DNA from: Camelus dromedarius
Taxonomy: Eukaryota
NCBI RefSeq assembly: GCF_036321535.1
Contig: NC_087437.1
Coordinates: forward strand, 13,952,001-14,016,000
DNA length: 64,000 nt
Direction of reading: 5' to 3'
Part shown: in pieces, positions 38,869-51,689 of the stretch
Numbering within the stretch: position 1 is the stretch's first letter
How the letters are laid out: every line of letters begins with the position of its first letter
Notes under the pieces: model-generated
Seen by the model: only the letters and a program-made list of their open reading frames with translations
Told to the model about the DNA's origin: nothing
Database searches by the model: none
Position numbers and translations under genes: made by a program

Positions 38869-38874
38869 AATAAA
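38869..38874 (+). terminator. DNAJC13 polyadenylation signal AATAAA
   Basis: AATAAA ~725 nt after the stop, with upstream TGTA motifs and a downstream GT/T-rich tract (~38901-38930). Confidence 0.8.
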
Positions 38875-39694
38875 GGGAATTGACTGCTTTGTTAATGAGA
38901 TATGTTTGTTCTGGTTTATTTTTTCCTTTTGAAGACCTTGTATGTCTTTATTTCTAAGACAGACTTAGTGGTAGCAGACACAGACTTGGCCTCCCACCCC
39001 CAGCTCCTCCCACAGACCTACATACCTGATCCTTCCTAAATCCCTTCATTGGTATTTCAGCCACATGTACGTTTCCAGACGAGATGGTGTCTCATTTACG
39101 TTCCAGACGGTATTCAGGAATGGGTCAGGCTGTTAATAGTTTAATGTGTGTGACACATTAATTCCCATGTTTTTAAGAGCAGAGAAATTTAAAGAGCAAG
39201 AGGAGATTTCGAATAACAGAGATCTCAGCACGTAGATCACAAACTACAAGAAAATCTAAATGTGTAAAATATACAAACACTTCTCAAAGAATAAGGAAAT
39301 ACCTAAACCTCCAAGTTGCCTTGGAAAGGAAGAACCAAGTTTCTTCCGCAGTTAATGTGCAAGGAGAGCTGGAATAGACCCTTATTCCTGTCGTAAGTTG
39401 CTAATTTAGAATTTTGCATCAGGTTTACCATCTCTCAAATATGGAGTAATACGCCCATGTTAGTATTTTCACGTGTAACTGGGGTTTTAGTTTCTAAAGG
39501 GCAATACTTCGTCATAAAAATATGTTCACTGAAACAGATTCTAATATCTAATTTGGGAGTAGGTGTTTTAGGAGAGCATAAATCAACACAGCAGTGTATT
39601 CCCTTTAAATACTAAGAGAACATAAGCATTATGAATATTTACAATATTTCAAGGCCCATTTAAGTGAGTCTGCAGGCGTTGCCCTGTGGATACA

Positions 39695-39940
39695 GTAATA
39701 GCTCATCTTTATTGAACATCATGCCAAGCGTTGTATGAAGTGCCATGTGTGCATTGACTTCATCTGATCCTCAGAGCAAACCTGTGGGCTTCTTGCTGAT
39801 TTAATCCCCGTCTTCTGGGTGAAGAACGAGGAGCTCAGAGAGGCAACGCAACTTAGCAAATGTCACACAACCAGTGAGTAACTGAGAAAGCAAAAGTCCT
39901 TTTACTTGATACCGTAGTCTGTATTCTGAGCCACTATCCT
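39695..39940 (-). mobile_element. MIR SINE
   Basis: tttattgaac...atgccaagc...gatcctca...gctcagagagg...gtcacacaaccagtgagt. Confidence 0.65.
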
Positions 39941-41090
39941 AAAATAGCAATAATCTCAAGTGTATGTGGTTTATGTGACTAGAAAAACTGAGTAGTTATG
40001 TTTTTAAACATTTTTTGTTATAAGCTAAAACAGATAAAGAAAATCTCACTCAAAAAAATTAGTCTAATGAATCATTTATAAGGCAAATCACCCTTGAAAC
40101 TCCCACCCAGGTCAAAAGCTTTGTCAGCCTCTCCAGAAGCCCCTCCGTGTGGCCCCTCCGTCCCTTCAAAAGTGGCCACTTGTCCATCACTCCCTCGTGT
40201 GCCTTTGTAGTTCATCAGCCAAGTGCACGTCTCTAGGCACCAGAGTTGGGTCTTGCTCTTTTTCTTTTTTAAATATGTCTTCGAGTCTCTTTTAATCTGG
40301 CTGCCCCTCCATCCCTTTCTTTTCGCCACCACCTGTCTGTTGTAGTCCCCAGGGCCATGTGGCTTGTTGGGTTTCCCACAGTTGGCAGTTGCTGATCACA
40401 CACTCCTGGTGCAGTTCAGCTTGGTCCTTTGTCCTCTTTTGTGATGGGGGCTTTATGTGTGCCTTATTTGTGGGGAAATTGGCCCTGAGGGATAAAAGTA
40501 AGACAGCATGAGCCAGGGTTAACAGGAAGAGCTAAGTAAGTATAGCACACCTGGTGGGGTGGGGTGGGGTGGTCTGGTGTGGGTGGCACATAGGGATCCA
40601 GAGAGAGAAGCCAGCCTGAGACCGGGGGAGGAGCCAGTTGGGCAGTGTCCTGAGCGCCAGGCTGAGGCATCAGCACCCAGGCCTAATTGTGATTCAGGAA
40701 TGAGAGCTGTGTCTTAAAATAGACAGCAGTGGAGTGTGATGGATTTGGTGTGCTTGTTGGCAGAGAGGGTGGACAGAGGTGACCACAGTAGTAACACAGC
40801 CCATCTAAGGAGCAGTGCAGGAGACAAACACTGGAAATGGGCAAGAGACCACTCTTGGATGTCATCTGTAAGCCGGGGGATTGTCACTAGATGGCCAGCT
40901 CAAGAATCCTTTTCAGTCAGTAAATTGTGTGATCCCTTTCCTGATGCTTAAATTGTTCATTATGTGATGAAATGTCTCTGAATACCTAAGCCTTATTAGG
41001 ATTTGGGGAAGAGCAGTTTGCAAAAAATACTGCAGATAAGCAGTCTGTTTCTGGCAACATGTTGACTAAGAATTTAACTGCCTACTTAAG

Positions 41091-41772
41091 TTTTTTTTTT
41101 TTTTTAATGTTTTAGTGAGCTTACAGTGTGTCAATTTCTGGTGTACAGCACAATACTTCAGTCATATAGGAACATACATATATTCCTTTTCATATTCTTT
41201 TTAACCATATTACTACAAGATACTGAATATAGTTCCCTCAGTATCTGCAAATCTCAAACTCCCAATTTATCCCTTCTCACCCCTCCCCCTCCCCTGTAAC
41301 CGTAAGTTTGTTCATAAGTTTGTTTTCTATGTCTATGAGTCTGTTTCTGTTTTGTAAATAAGTTTGTCTTTTGTATGTGTGTGTGTGTGTGTTTTAGATT
41401 CCATATATAAGTGATATGGTATTTTTCTTTCTCTTTCTGGCTTACTTCATTTAGAATGACATTCTCCATGTCCATCCATGTTGCTGCAAATAGCATTCTT
41501 TTATTCTTTTTTATGGCTGAATAGTATTCCATTGTATAAATATACCACATCTTCTTTATCCAGTCATCTGACAATGGACATTTAGGTTGTTTCCATGTCT
41601 TGGCTATTGTGAATAGTGCTGCTATGAACATTGGAGTGCATGTGTCTTCTTGAAGTAAGGTTCTCTCCAGATATATGCCCAGGAGTGGGATTGCCTTTTG
41701 AGGAATCTCCATACTGTTTTTCCATAATGGCTGCACCAAACTACATGCCCACTAGCAGTGCCGTTTTTCCCA
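41091..41772 (-). mobile_element. 5'-truncated L1 (ORF2 C-terminus, 3' UTR, poly-A)
   Basis: ORF 41254-41739 encodes L1 ORF2 motifs (PLLGIY, TCTPMFIAALFTIAKTWKQPKCP, WYIYTMEYYSAIK); T-tract at ~41091-41105. Confidence 0.92.
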
Positions 41773-42938
41773 TATGGTATAAACACGGGCTGTGAGCAAG
41801 GATGCAGAGCTTGAGCTTGTTCCCTTATCAGTAAAATACGTTTGATCATCCCTAACTCATCCTTCCCAGGGCTGCTGTGAGGATTAAATACAGCTGTAAA
41901 AGGGCATTGGGACTGTGAGGCATAATGTGATAATAACAGTAAACTGTCACAAAGTCAGGAGTTATTTATCAACAGCAAGTTTTTCTCATTATTTTCATAT
42001 TGGAATCAGGGTAAAACAAATTCCAAGGACCCTTAGGTCAACATAAAGTGATTTGTAATTTTTTGTTTAAAAAGTAATCACTTTGTGATGTCATTGTTTA
42101 AAAAGTAATTATCTTGGCTGCAAATTCAGAGATGCCATAATCTTTGGTCAGAAAGCCATCTGTTTCCTACACACTGAAACATCTTTTCCTTTGAGCTGCT
42201 GCTTGTTTACTAGTAGATGAGATCCAAGAGGCAAGACCCCGAAAATTACTTAAATTCACCTCCATATTGATTGAGAAGGATGCCTGACCACTGAGTTCAG
42301 TGAAGAGCTCCATCTCAGAACCAGACCACAGGCCGTTCACACAGGCACACCAGTCTCCCTGCATATTGAAATGTAGAATCCAGAGTTTGAAGTTAGTGGA
42401 TTAGGAAGAGCTAGAAAATACAGAATTCCTTGGGAAGCTGCCCAGACAACAGCAACCAGCCTCCAGCTTCCATTCCCGTAGGAAGAGACCAGGCTAAAAC
42501 CTTGGCCCACCACGGTCTGGTGGGCAGGTGCAGAGAGAAGGCAGCCTCTGCGTGGCTCCACTGGACCCCCCTAGGGGAAGAGCCGTGCAGTGTGCTAAGT
42601 GCTCCCATGCTCAGGAGGATAGGATCAAGTCTGGATTTCCATGTGACATTCAATTTTAAATATGGCAACACCATCAACGTTTTTAAAACCAAGTACGCCA
42701 CACAAGAAAGCCCTTACAGATTTGACCCAGGGGTGTTCAGTCCCCTTGATATGAGGTCAGAAATAGTGGTTACAAGGAATTGGATGGATGTGCTTTCTGT
42801 CTACGAAATTGTTAAGTCAGTTGTGTTTTTAAATGACAGAACTTCTGTTGCAGTGAAGAAGGGGTAGTTCCACCATCAGGTGCACTCATTCTGCTTTTAT
42901 GAAGGGAGGGGAAGAGGGCAAGACTGCAGAGAAGCTGT

Positions 42939-43323
42939 TGTTACGGACAGAATGTTCCCCGCCCCCTGCAAATTCATATGTTGAATCCCTAACTCCCAGT
43001 GTATTTGGAAGTAGGGTCTTGGCAGGTGATTAGAATTAGATAAGGCCACGAGGGTGGAGCCCTGATGAAGGGATCAGTGCCCTTGTAGGAAGAGATGACA
43101 GAGAGCTTGCTCTTTCTCTCCCTGTGTGCACAAAAAAGAAATCGTGTGAGCACACAGCCAGATGGCAGCTGCCTATAAGCCAAGAAGAAAAGCCTCAAAT
43201 GAAACCTACCTTGCCAGAACCTTGGTGTCAGACTTCCAGCCTCCAGGCCTGTGAGAAGCAAATGTCTGTTTAAGCCACCCAGTCTGTGGCATTTTGTTAT
43301 GGCAGCTTGAGCTGACTGATACA
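42939..43323 (+). mobile_element. MLT1A-like ERVL-MaLR solo LTR
   Basis: TG...CA ends; aaattcatatgttgaa, gagggtggagccctgatg, gacttccagcctccag, gttatggcagc...gctgactgataca. Confidence 0.85.
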
Positions 43324-45379
43324 CTGGTGCTGGCTGGAGGACCAGTAGCAGAAGGGAGAGAAGAGCTGGCTCGCAGATTAGCAGGATGAGGGCTGATCAG
43401 AACCAGAAGCACTTGAGCATTGATCAGACTTGGTATAAATGCAGCTTAAGCTCCTTTGTCAAGAACTGACAGCCTGTCCTGAAGCTGGGGAGGCAGACCT
43501 CCAAGGCTGGTCTACAGCATGCACCAAAATTTGGAATGGGCACTGGGTTAGAAGTAGGTAACTGGCTGGTTCCTGGGACCAAGTGTGTGTTTCTGGTTTT
43601 GTTGGTTTTTTCAACGTATGTTAAATGTTGAGTGGCCAAGTTATATCAGAATCACTGCTGGTTGCCCAAGGACCTCGGTGCTGATTCTAAGTAGTCCATC
43701 CTCATTCACATCAACTCCAAGTGACCAGGAGGCCTTTAAGTTGAATTCTGTGTCTCACTGTGGTCTCGTATTACCCAGTCTGTTTACATGAAAGCAAGAG
43801 AGAGGCAGCAAGTTGTCCTGGAACCAGCCTGGGCTGCGGAGTTGGGGCCATCCAGGCTGCAGTTCTGGCCCCCACTGTCACCTCTCATCTTCAAATGGGG
43901 ATTATTAACACCTCCACGTGGTGTTCTGTAGATTGGAGATAACAGATAGAAATACCTAATCTAGTGCCAGCCCCCTAGACGAGGAGGTGGTGTTGGGAGA
44001 AAACACTGACCTTGGGCATCAATTTCTTCTCTAAAATGGCCACAGTGGTCTGGTCAGGTAATTTGCTATTAAGAATCTCATAAAAGGTAATATAAAGCCC
44101 TCTATGCACAAATGTACATAGGCACATACTTTAAATATATTAGGGAACTCAGTCCTACACTAACCCCAGTGCCAGGTGATTTCTAAGAATTACGATATTG
44201 TTTCTCACAAATAACTGTGCTTATCATGAAACAGGCTCTTTCTATCCTCCACTGAGTTGAAACATCCAGGAATCTATCCTGCTCATCAGTGCTTTCCTAT
44301 TGCTAGTGTTTCCCACATATGTCGTTTAATATGTTATCTAACATTTAGAGCAAAGAACTTCACATCTGGATTATCGACCACCCATAACTTCCAAATTCAG
44401 GGAGTAAAAACTGGGGCTGGGTTACTGTGGGTCCCAGACCCCATGAATACAGGAAGTACGGTGGCCAGTTTAAAAAGTCTGTTTTTCCACCCAGCTTACG
44501 AAAGAAGATGCATCCATTTCCATCATTGTTACAAAGCCCCAGTTTTGGGAAATGACTTTGTAAGATAATTGTTAATGGAAAGTCTCAGTTATACATACAA
44601 ATAGGACCTAATGTTTATGCTTGTTTTTTTAACATTGAAAAGGTGTATGGTTTCTAAAACAAGGTTATGTGGTTACTGTGTGTAAGGAGTTTAGTTACTC
44701 TCCAATGGTGAATACACAAAATCTGATGTCTTTGAGGAAAGTCTGCCTCATTCCCTGGCCCCTGCAAAGTGTGGCAATGTCCGTGAGCAGGAGAAGAGGG
44801 ATCCGTGTCCTCAGTCTCTTTATTTCAGGGAAAAGTTGATGAAGATGTGTGGCTTGAGTCAGTGAGGGAATGAGTCATTTATCTTCAAAAAGAAAGGTCA
44901 TATGGAAGTAATTCTACAAATATTTGGCTGTGCGTAAATTCAGTACAGTTGCTTCAACTAGAACTTAAGCTCCAACCCCACCCTCCTACTCTAATATTTC
45001 ACAGGACTCCAGACAGCCCTTTGCATACATCTCTCTGGCATCCCAGCTTTCCAGGGCAGGAAACGGAGCTTATTCCCTGGATTTAAGTGCAAGAGTTGGC
45101 CAGAGTCTCTCTTTAGCCCTGACAGAATCAAGATGAGTTCAGGGTATTGATGCACCTCTTGAGTTTGGAGCAGAAAACTACCATTTGCTACAGAGCTGGA
45201 TGATAACACACTCTTCATGGGACCAGGACTTTGCTAGAGAAGCTTAGTGTGGTGGAAACCCTTTGAAGTCAGACCTTAGATTGAATGCTGACAAATGTAC
45301 ACCTCCAGGCAGGAGAGCACAAGCACGAACGAGGCCAAAACAGGAAAGAACAAAGGCAATTCGGAGAAAACAGACAAGG

Positions 45380-46700
45380 AAGAAGACACACTGGAAAAGA
45401 AAGCTATTGTTGATACCCTCAGAGATACACAGTGCATCCAGAGAGCAACAGGGTGTCTTTTTGAAAAAATACTTTTTTGTCAGAGAATTAAAGGTCCTAT
45501 AAATTAGAAAAAAATAAAATAAAAAGCAAAAACCAGAATAGCAGAAATGAAAAACAGTGGAAGACACTGAGAGATAAAGCTGAGGAAAGTTCCTTAAGAA
45601 GTAGAGTGAAAAGATAGAGATGGAAAAACCAGATAAAAGTTAAACAGGAGGCCTGGTCCAGGAGGCCCGTTATCCAAAAAAACCTAGATCTAGAAAGAGA
45701 TACATTTTTAAAAGAAGATGTTATGAACTGCAGTTTTGTCATATGCTGAAATTCTAACCTTCAAGGGGATGGAATTAAGCAATTAGGTCATGGAAGCAAC
45801 TTCAGCTGAAGAACCTAGAAGCAGGGCACAAAATAGGGTGACAGGCAGGATTTCTCCTTGTTTGGGAGCTCCAGGCCCAGCCCTAGACCTCAGTGGGTCA
45901 GCTTCTGTGAAGCTGGCATTGGGCCTTTGGAGGTGAGTAGGTCATGAGGGTAGAGCCCTCATGAATGGGATTAGTGCCTTTCTACAAGGGGCCCCAGACA
46001 GCTCCCTCAAGGCTCTTCTGCCACGTGAGAACATAGAAAGCAGCATTAAGAAACCAGAGACAGGGCCCTCAACATTGGTGGCGCCTTGAACTCGGACTTC
46101 CAGCTTCCAGAACTGTGAGAAGGAAATATTTGTCCAAGCCACACAGCATATGGCATTTTACCATAGCTGCTGGAGCTGACTAAGATGGGTGGAGAACAGA
46201 ATTAAAAAGTCAAAAACTTTCCCAGTGCCCTGCCCAGTGGATCAAAATAAACCCTTACACATACATATCATTGTGAAATTTTACAATTTAAAAACAAGAA
46301 GTTCCTTTAAGCTTTCAGAGTGCGGCCGCAGAAGGGGAGAACATTTCTCAGAAAGGAACAAGAATCGGAATAGCACTGGATTTCTCAATAACACTGGATG
46401 TTAAAAGACAAGAGAGTGATGCCCTCAAAAGCCTGAGGGAAAGTGGTTCCCTAGCCCAGGATTCTAGATCCAGCCAAACTAACAAATGAGGGGGAGAAAT
46501 TAAGACTTTCCTGACACACAAGATTTCCCATGAATGTTTTGTAAGAAGCTCCTGGAGGATGTTCTCCACCAAAGCAAGGTAACCAAAAAAGGAAGGTAGG
46601 ATCTTCCAAACGGTGGTGAGGAGAGATCCTACATGAGACAACAGCTTGCAGCTGCCTTAGAGCAGGAGCAGACCAGCCTGGACTGGACCAGACCACAGCA
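45380..46700 (+). mobile_element. Old L1ME/HAL1-like ORF1 remnant, interrupted by an MLT1 LTR
   Basis: aagacaagagagtgatgccctcaaaagcctgagggaaa...cccaggattctagatccagccaaacta...aattaagactttcctgac resembles the ORF1 C-terminal PRILYPAKL region. Confidence 0.55.
45719..46186 (+). mobile_element. MLT1A-like solo LTR
   Basis: aggtcatgagggtagagccctcatgaatgggattagtgcc...ggacttccagcttccagaactgtgag...gctgactaagat. Confidence 0.8.
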
Positions 46701-47439
46701 GGTCAAGAACTCGGGGAAAAATTTCTTCAAGAAGAAATGGATAGACAACGTATGTGTTTGAACAAAATGGAGAGGAAGGAGATTTACCTACCTAAGCAAA
46801 ATTTGGAAGAGCTGGACAGCAAAATAACCATGGTACATATGACATGGTAGGGCAGGGTTGTAACTGGTACTTACGTAATTATGATGCCAACAAGATTCTA
46901 CTGGGAGAATGGAAAAACAGGATGTGTGTGAGGGGGTGGGGGAGAAGATGAAAGAGAACTGAATAATGGCTAAAACTAGAAAGAAATCAGAGTAGCACTA
47001 TGGCAGACTACATTTGAATAGCACTATTTTATTAAGGTCAGAGTTCCCAGGGTGGTCATATGGATAAGTGACATGACGTTTGCAACTGGCTAGCAAATAG
47101 CACTGAGAGAGAAGGTGGATCTCAGTTAAGGATATTCAGGTATTCATTATACTCTTCCTGTAACTTTTCTGAAGGTTTACATTTTTTTCAGAAAAAAACC
47201 CAAAAAACCTGGGAGATGACTTGTAGCATAATTGCACTGTTTAGAAGGAGATGGCCATGCTTATCAAGTTGCTTAAAAGTTTTTAAATGTTTAAATCCTT
47301 GGGGATGGGAAATCAGCACGTTGGAAGGGTGGGAGGGCGGGCCCACTGCTGTTCTTTAGAACTAGCTTTGAATGGTGATTTGACTATTGAACTCAGACAT
47401 ATATAACTGATTAAAAACAAAAGCTAAATTTTAAAAAAC

Positions 47440-48010
47440 AAATACAGGGGAAATTAAAAATTAGTAAAACCAAAACTTTTTTTAAAAAGCAGCTTTTGTA
47501 CCTGCAAATCCTGTGGGAAATACTATAGAAAAATATTATCCACAGCAACAAAAGGAACATAAAATATTTAGAAACAACGCTGACGTGAAAGCTGTAAGAT
47601 TTCAATGAGGACTAGCCCTCTACCAAGGGACTTGAGGAATTCTTGGAGAGATGTGTCTTATTCCTGGGCAGGATGACTCAGTATTGTAGAAGGAGCAGTA
47701 ATCCCTACAGTACACTCAGTGCAACCTCAATCAAAATTCCAACCAAATGATTTTTTGGCTCATTTGTGAGACTACTATAAAAATAAATAAATTGGATAAG
47801 GAATTGCTCAACCAGATTTTAAATTATATTAAAAACCACAGAAATTAAAACACTGCAGTATGGGCACTGTAAATGAAAGGTCAACAGAAACAAACAGTCT
47901 AAAAATATCGGTCCAAGTATAGCATGTGCTAAAGATGGCCTTTCCACTAAGCACGCGTGTGTGTGTGGGCGAGCGAGGAGAAATGGATTCATCAAGCAAC
48001 TGGCTAGTCG
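47440..48010 (+). mobile_element. Old L1M ORF2 fragment
   Basis: aacataaaatatttagaaac...gactcagtattgta...tgcaacctcaatcaaaattccaac...aattaaaacactgcagtatgggc. Confidence 0.5.
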
Positions 48011-48096
48011 TTGCGGAGATCCCACCTTGTACAGGACAGGACCTGTAGCGTGGGCCCCTCCCTCGTTTTCTTACCTGCACATATATTACAGCTACT

Positions 48097-48480
48097 TTTT
48101 AAAAAACACCTTTATTGTGGTATGGTTTCTGTAAACTACACATATTCCAGATGTACAATTTGATGAATTCTGATAGATGTGTAGACACCCATGAAATCAC
48201 CACCACAATCAAGATAGCTAGCATTTCCATCACTCTCCAAGAGGTGCAATTTTTAAACTTCCAGTTTATCCCTTCCCACCCCCTTTACCCGTTGGTAACC
48301 TTACGTCTGTTCTCTATGTCTGTGAGTCTGTTTCTGTTTTGTAGATAAGTTTATTTGTGTCCCTTTTTTCTAGATTCCACATATGAGTGATATCACATGG
48401 CATTTTTCTTTCTCTTTCTGGCTCACTTCACTCAGAATGACGATCTCCAGGTCCATCCATGTTGCTGCTAATGTATTATT
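48097..48480 (-). mobile_element. 5'-truncated L1 3' end
   Basis: ATWMDLEIVILSEVSQKEKEKCHVISLICGI ORF2 C-terminus in ORF 48370-48846, followed by 3' UTR. Confidence 0.88.
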
Positions 48481-48999
48481 TATAACGTGAAAAATAAAAC
48501 TATAAAGGCCATTAAACAAAACAGAAATGTCAAATCTAGCCAGTTGCCACACCAGAGCACAAGCACCATGCATGTCTTCAGCCTCTCTCACCACCCCATT
48601 TTTAATTGTGTTTTGTTTGCTTCTCCATTTTAAATATCTCTGGACGGCACCTCCAGTGTAGCTCCATGCTGAGAAGCCCTCTAGCATGTCTGCCCTGGAT
48701 GAGCGCAGCAGGATCCTACCTGGTTTCCGACTTCTAACATGGTCTGAATCCAATCCAGGGTGGGATTGCTTGCTCTCAGGCCCACGTCCAGTGGTTTGTT
48801 GTGGACTGGGAGGCCTTCGCACTCCAGCCCCTTCTTTCTTGGGCATCCTCTCTCCTGCTATCTCTGGACCGTTCTAAGAACAGTGAACTGCATCAGCCTT
48901 CTCCCCCAGACGTCCCCACACACTGTTCCACCCAGTACACTTCCCGGTGCCTCTTGCTCTGCAGGCCTGGGAGACTTCCATGACTCCCTGATACCGTGG

Positions 49000-49160
49000 A
49001 CTCTGCTAATGAAAGCATTTTGTCTACTTGACTATCTTCCCCCAGGAAGTATGTTTTATGAATTGCAGGAATCATGTCTGCTTGTCCATCTTAGATCCCC
49101 CGGAATCTAACATTATACCTAGAACATGAGAGGCACTCACTAAGTATTTGGTGAATGAAT
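49000..49160 (+). mobile_element. L2 3' end
   Basis: gcaggaatcatgtctgcttgt...cctagaacatgagaggcactcactaagtatttggtgaatgaat. Confidence 0.7.
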
Positions 49161-49765
49161 TAAACTGTGCTTGTATAAATCAGTCCTTCACGATTAAAAA
49201 AAAAAACAAGCCCAAAGTCACATGGCACAAAATGGACGGTAACAGCCAACAGCAACCATGACCAGCTGGCTTTAATAAAGCCCTGGGCTGTGTCTGAAAC
49301 TGTGCCCTGTGTGCTGTTTACAAAATTACAAATTCCTGCTCAGAGCAGTCTCCTCTGACTTCTAAGTATTTTCAACAATGGCAACTTCTCAGAATCTGAC
49401 CCACTGAGGTCTGGGGCTGGGCCTGGAGCTCCCAAAGGAGGAGAAACCCCACCTGGGATCCTATTTTGTGTCCTGCCTCTACGTTCTTCAGTGCAGGAGC
49501 TTCAGACTCACCTTGTGCACGGCCCAGCTTCTACACTGGAAATGGGATCTTAAAAGCGAAATTCTGAAACTATTTTCCTTTGCTCTCCATGTAAGTATCA
49601 GTTTATTTTCTCAAGTACCGACAAAAACCCGGCTCTTTCTAGTAGAAATGGGTGGGGTTTGGGGGTTAAGGGAGTTGTCAGCTGGATGATAACTGACATC
49701 CTCCTGAGGCAAGGACAACCCAGGTCCATGAACAAGTGCTTCCCCCACGGCCACGCAGTAAGGAC

Positions 49766-50357
49766 TGGGGCAGAAGGAGAATTAATAAAACGGCTGCACT
49801 TAGGCTAACAGATTACTTATATGCTTGCTCTTAAACTGGCCAACTAACCTGACCGATCGGTTGCTGTTCCCAGCCCGAGACCCATTATTAAAATGAAGCT
49901 ATTAATTTTGCTGCCTCTGCTTTATTCCGGTAATCAAGAGAAATAATCATACCTGGTTTCCGAGTTGTTCTCCAGCAAGAAGTTCACAGAATTGTAACCT
50001 TACAAAACAGCCTGAATCACCAGAAGACCATGCTGTGGGCGCTTACAGATAAAGAGATCAAAAGAGTGGCAACCACCAGCCTCTACAGAATCAATCACCT
50101 GGAAACACCATGACACCACTCTAAGCCTCATAAGGAAAAAATTCTGTTGATTGTTATCGATGTCTTCTTGTTTAAGCTGTCGCTATGTAATCACCCTGCC
50201 CCATCCCCAAGATGGGTTCACCGTTTTGAAGGCACCAGCCTGCTGTGAGCCCCCTTGGCCTGGCAAAGCAATAAAGCTGTCTCTTCTGCACTCTAAGACT
50301 CTGTTTCTGAGCTTTAATTCAGCTTCATGAGGAACAGGGGCCGATCTTTGGGCAATA
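49766..50357 (+). mobile_element. ERV1-type solo LTR (~590 bp)
   Basis: Starts TG, ends TA (likely mutated CA); flanked by 4-bp GGAC duplication (49762-49765, 50358-50361); cctggcaaagcAATAAAgct at 50270-50275. Confidence 0.75.
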
Positions 50358-51689
50358 GGACCACAGGTGTCCTCCGCCTCAGCTCTGAAGTTAATCTGAT
50401 GTTCTGTCAACTCCAGTAGTGTGTTGCTTCCTCTAGATATAAAAGAGAAGTCTTTTGATTTAAAAACCTTTAAAGAATCACAAGGCCACAAAGCTAACAC
50501 TGAATAGGAAGGAAATATTTTAAGTTCCTTAGCACTTGTCTTTCACTTAGAGCAAAATGTTAAAGCTTCTGTGACTGGCTCTTTATGCCTCTCTTCTTTT
50601 CTTCTGGATAGTTTTTGTCTCAAACTTTGCTAGCAAAAGGTTAGAAAGAAAAAAGAAAATCATTAACCTAGTACGGTGACAATCACAATATATTCTGGGT
50701 TCACCTGTCAAGTTGTTTACTCCTTTGGGGTCTAGTCCAGCTGTCTTGCAGGGTTGGAAGGAGACTTCTTGCAGAAAGGTTTCAACTGGATTTAGAATTT
50801 AAATCTAACTTCAAGCAAAGGGGGAGGAGAGACTGCCAAGGTCCATGGGTCCACGTGGGTCTGGCCTGAGGTCACCCGTGAGAGCCAGCTGTGAAAGGAG
50901 GCTTGTGTTCCACCAGCGCTCGGAGACAGGAGCTTGCCCTTCTAGACATCAAACAGCTACATCCGATGAGAGGGCCATCCCACCAGCCTCATTCATGGCT
51001 TACTCCCTGAGTAGCAGAAAGTTCACTTAGCATCTTGAAGACAGAGATAGGAGTTACGATGGACTAAACAGAATAAAATGCAGCAAGTAAGCCATTTGGC
51101 GACCATTTCCCCTGAAGCCAAGAGTCTCATCATAAACAATTCAGAGAGGATGGGTTGGGAGGGAGTAATTGATGACTAGTTTTTAATTTTATGAAAAGTG
51201 TTGTCTCCATTTCCGATGACAAGATCATTATGTATTCTCACCAAACTGGGAGCACACTAGCTCACAAATCAACTGTATGACCTTACATACCTTCTGTATG
51301 AAACTGAGTTTACATCCTGCTATTCCTATGGAGTAGAGCCAAGCTTTTTTCATTTGGAAACCCTAACCACCCTGAACAAATATCAATTTTCCCTCACGTG
51401 ATCTTTAGGAATGGTTTACCACAGGATCCTTAGTTAACCAGAAATGCTTAGCGATTCCTTGTCATGCTGAGTTTGTTTTGTTTTCTTAAATACAGGAAAT
51501 GCACTGGAGTTAACTTTTTTCTTCACCGGACAAAAACACAGAAGATAAAATCACTCTTTTCCCTTAGTTATAGTAGTCAACAGTTGTGGCTGCTCGGCAT
51601 CCGTTCTCTGTTCTAAACCCCCAGCCATCCCCCAACAACCCCCATCCCCGCGGTGTGATTGGCCGAAGGTGTCCTGGCCGGCGGCCTCT

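Larger units (their letters stand above)
613..38895 (+). other. DNAJC13: DNAJC13 (RME-8) gene, 3' part: 26 coding exons plus 3' UTR; gene begins upstream of the window
   Basis: Manually spliced exons join in frame (3310 nt = 1 nt + 1102 codons + TGA). The protein has a J domain (HPD), IWN-type motifs and a C-terminus [35 protein letters not shown] matching my recollection of DNAJC13. Confidence 0.98.

Noticed and set aside
42167..42364. Minus-strand ORF after a CAG acceptor-like site
   Set aside because: Weak pyrimidine tract, no recognisable protein and no canonical poly(A) signal nearby.
42430..42867. 145-aa + strand ORF
   Set aside because: Non-ATG start, no recognisable domain and no convincing exon structure; the length is compatible with chance.
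48717..49962. 14-nt match tacctggtttccga at ~48717 and ~49949
   Set aside because: Homology does not extend into the flanks; treated as coincidence.
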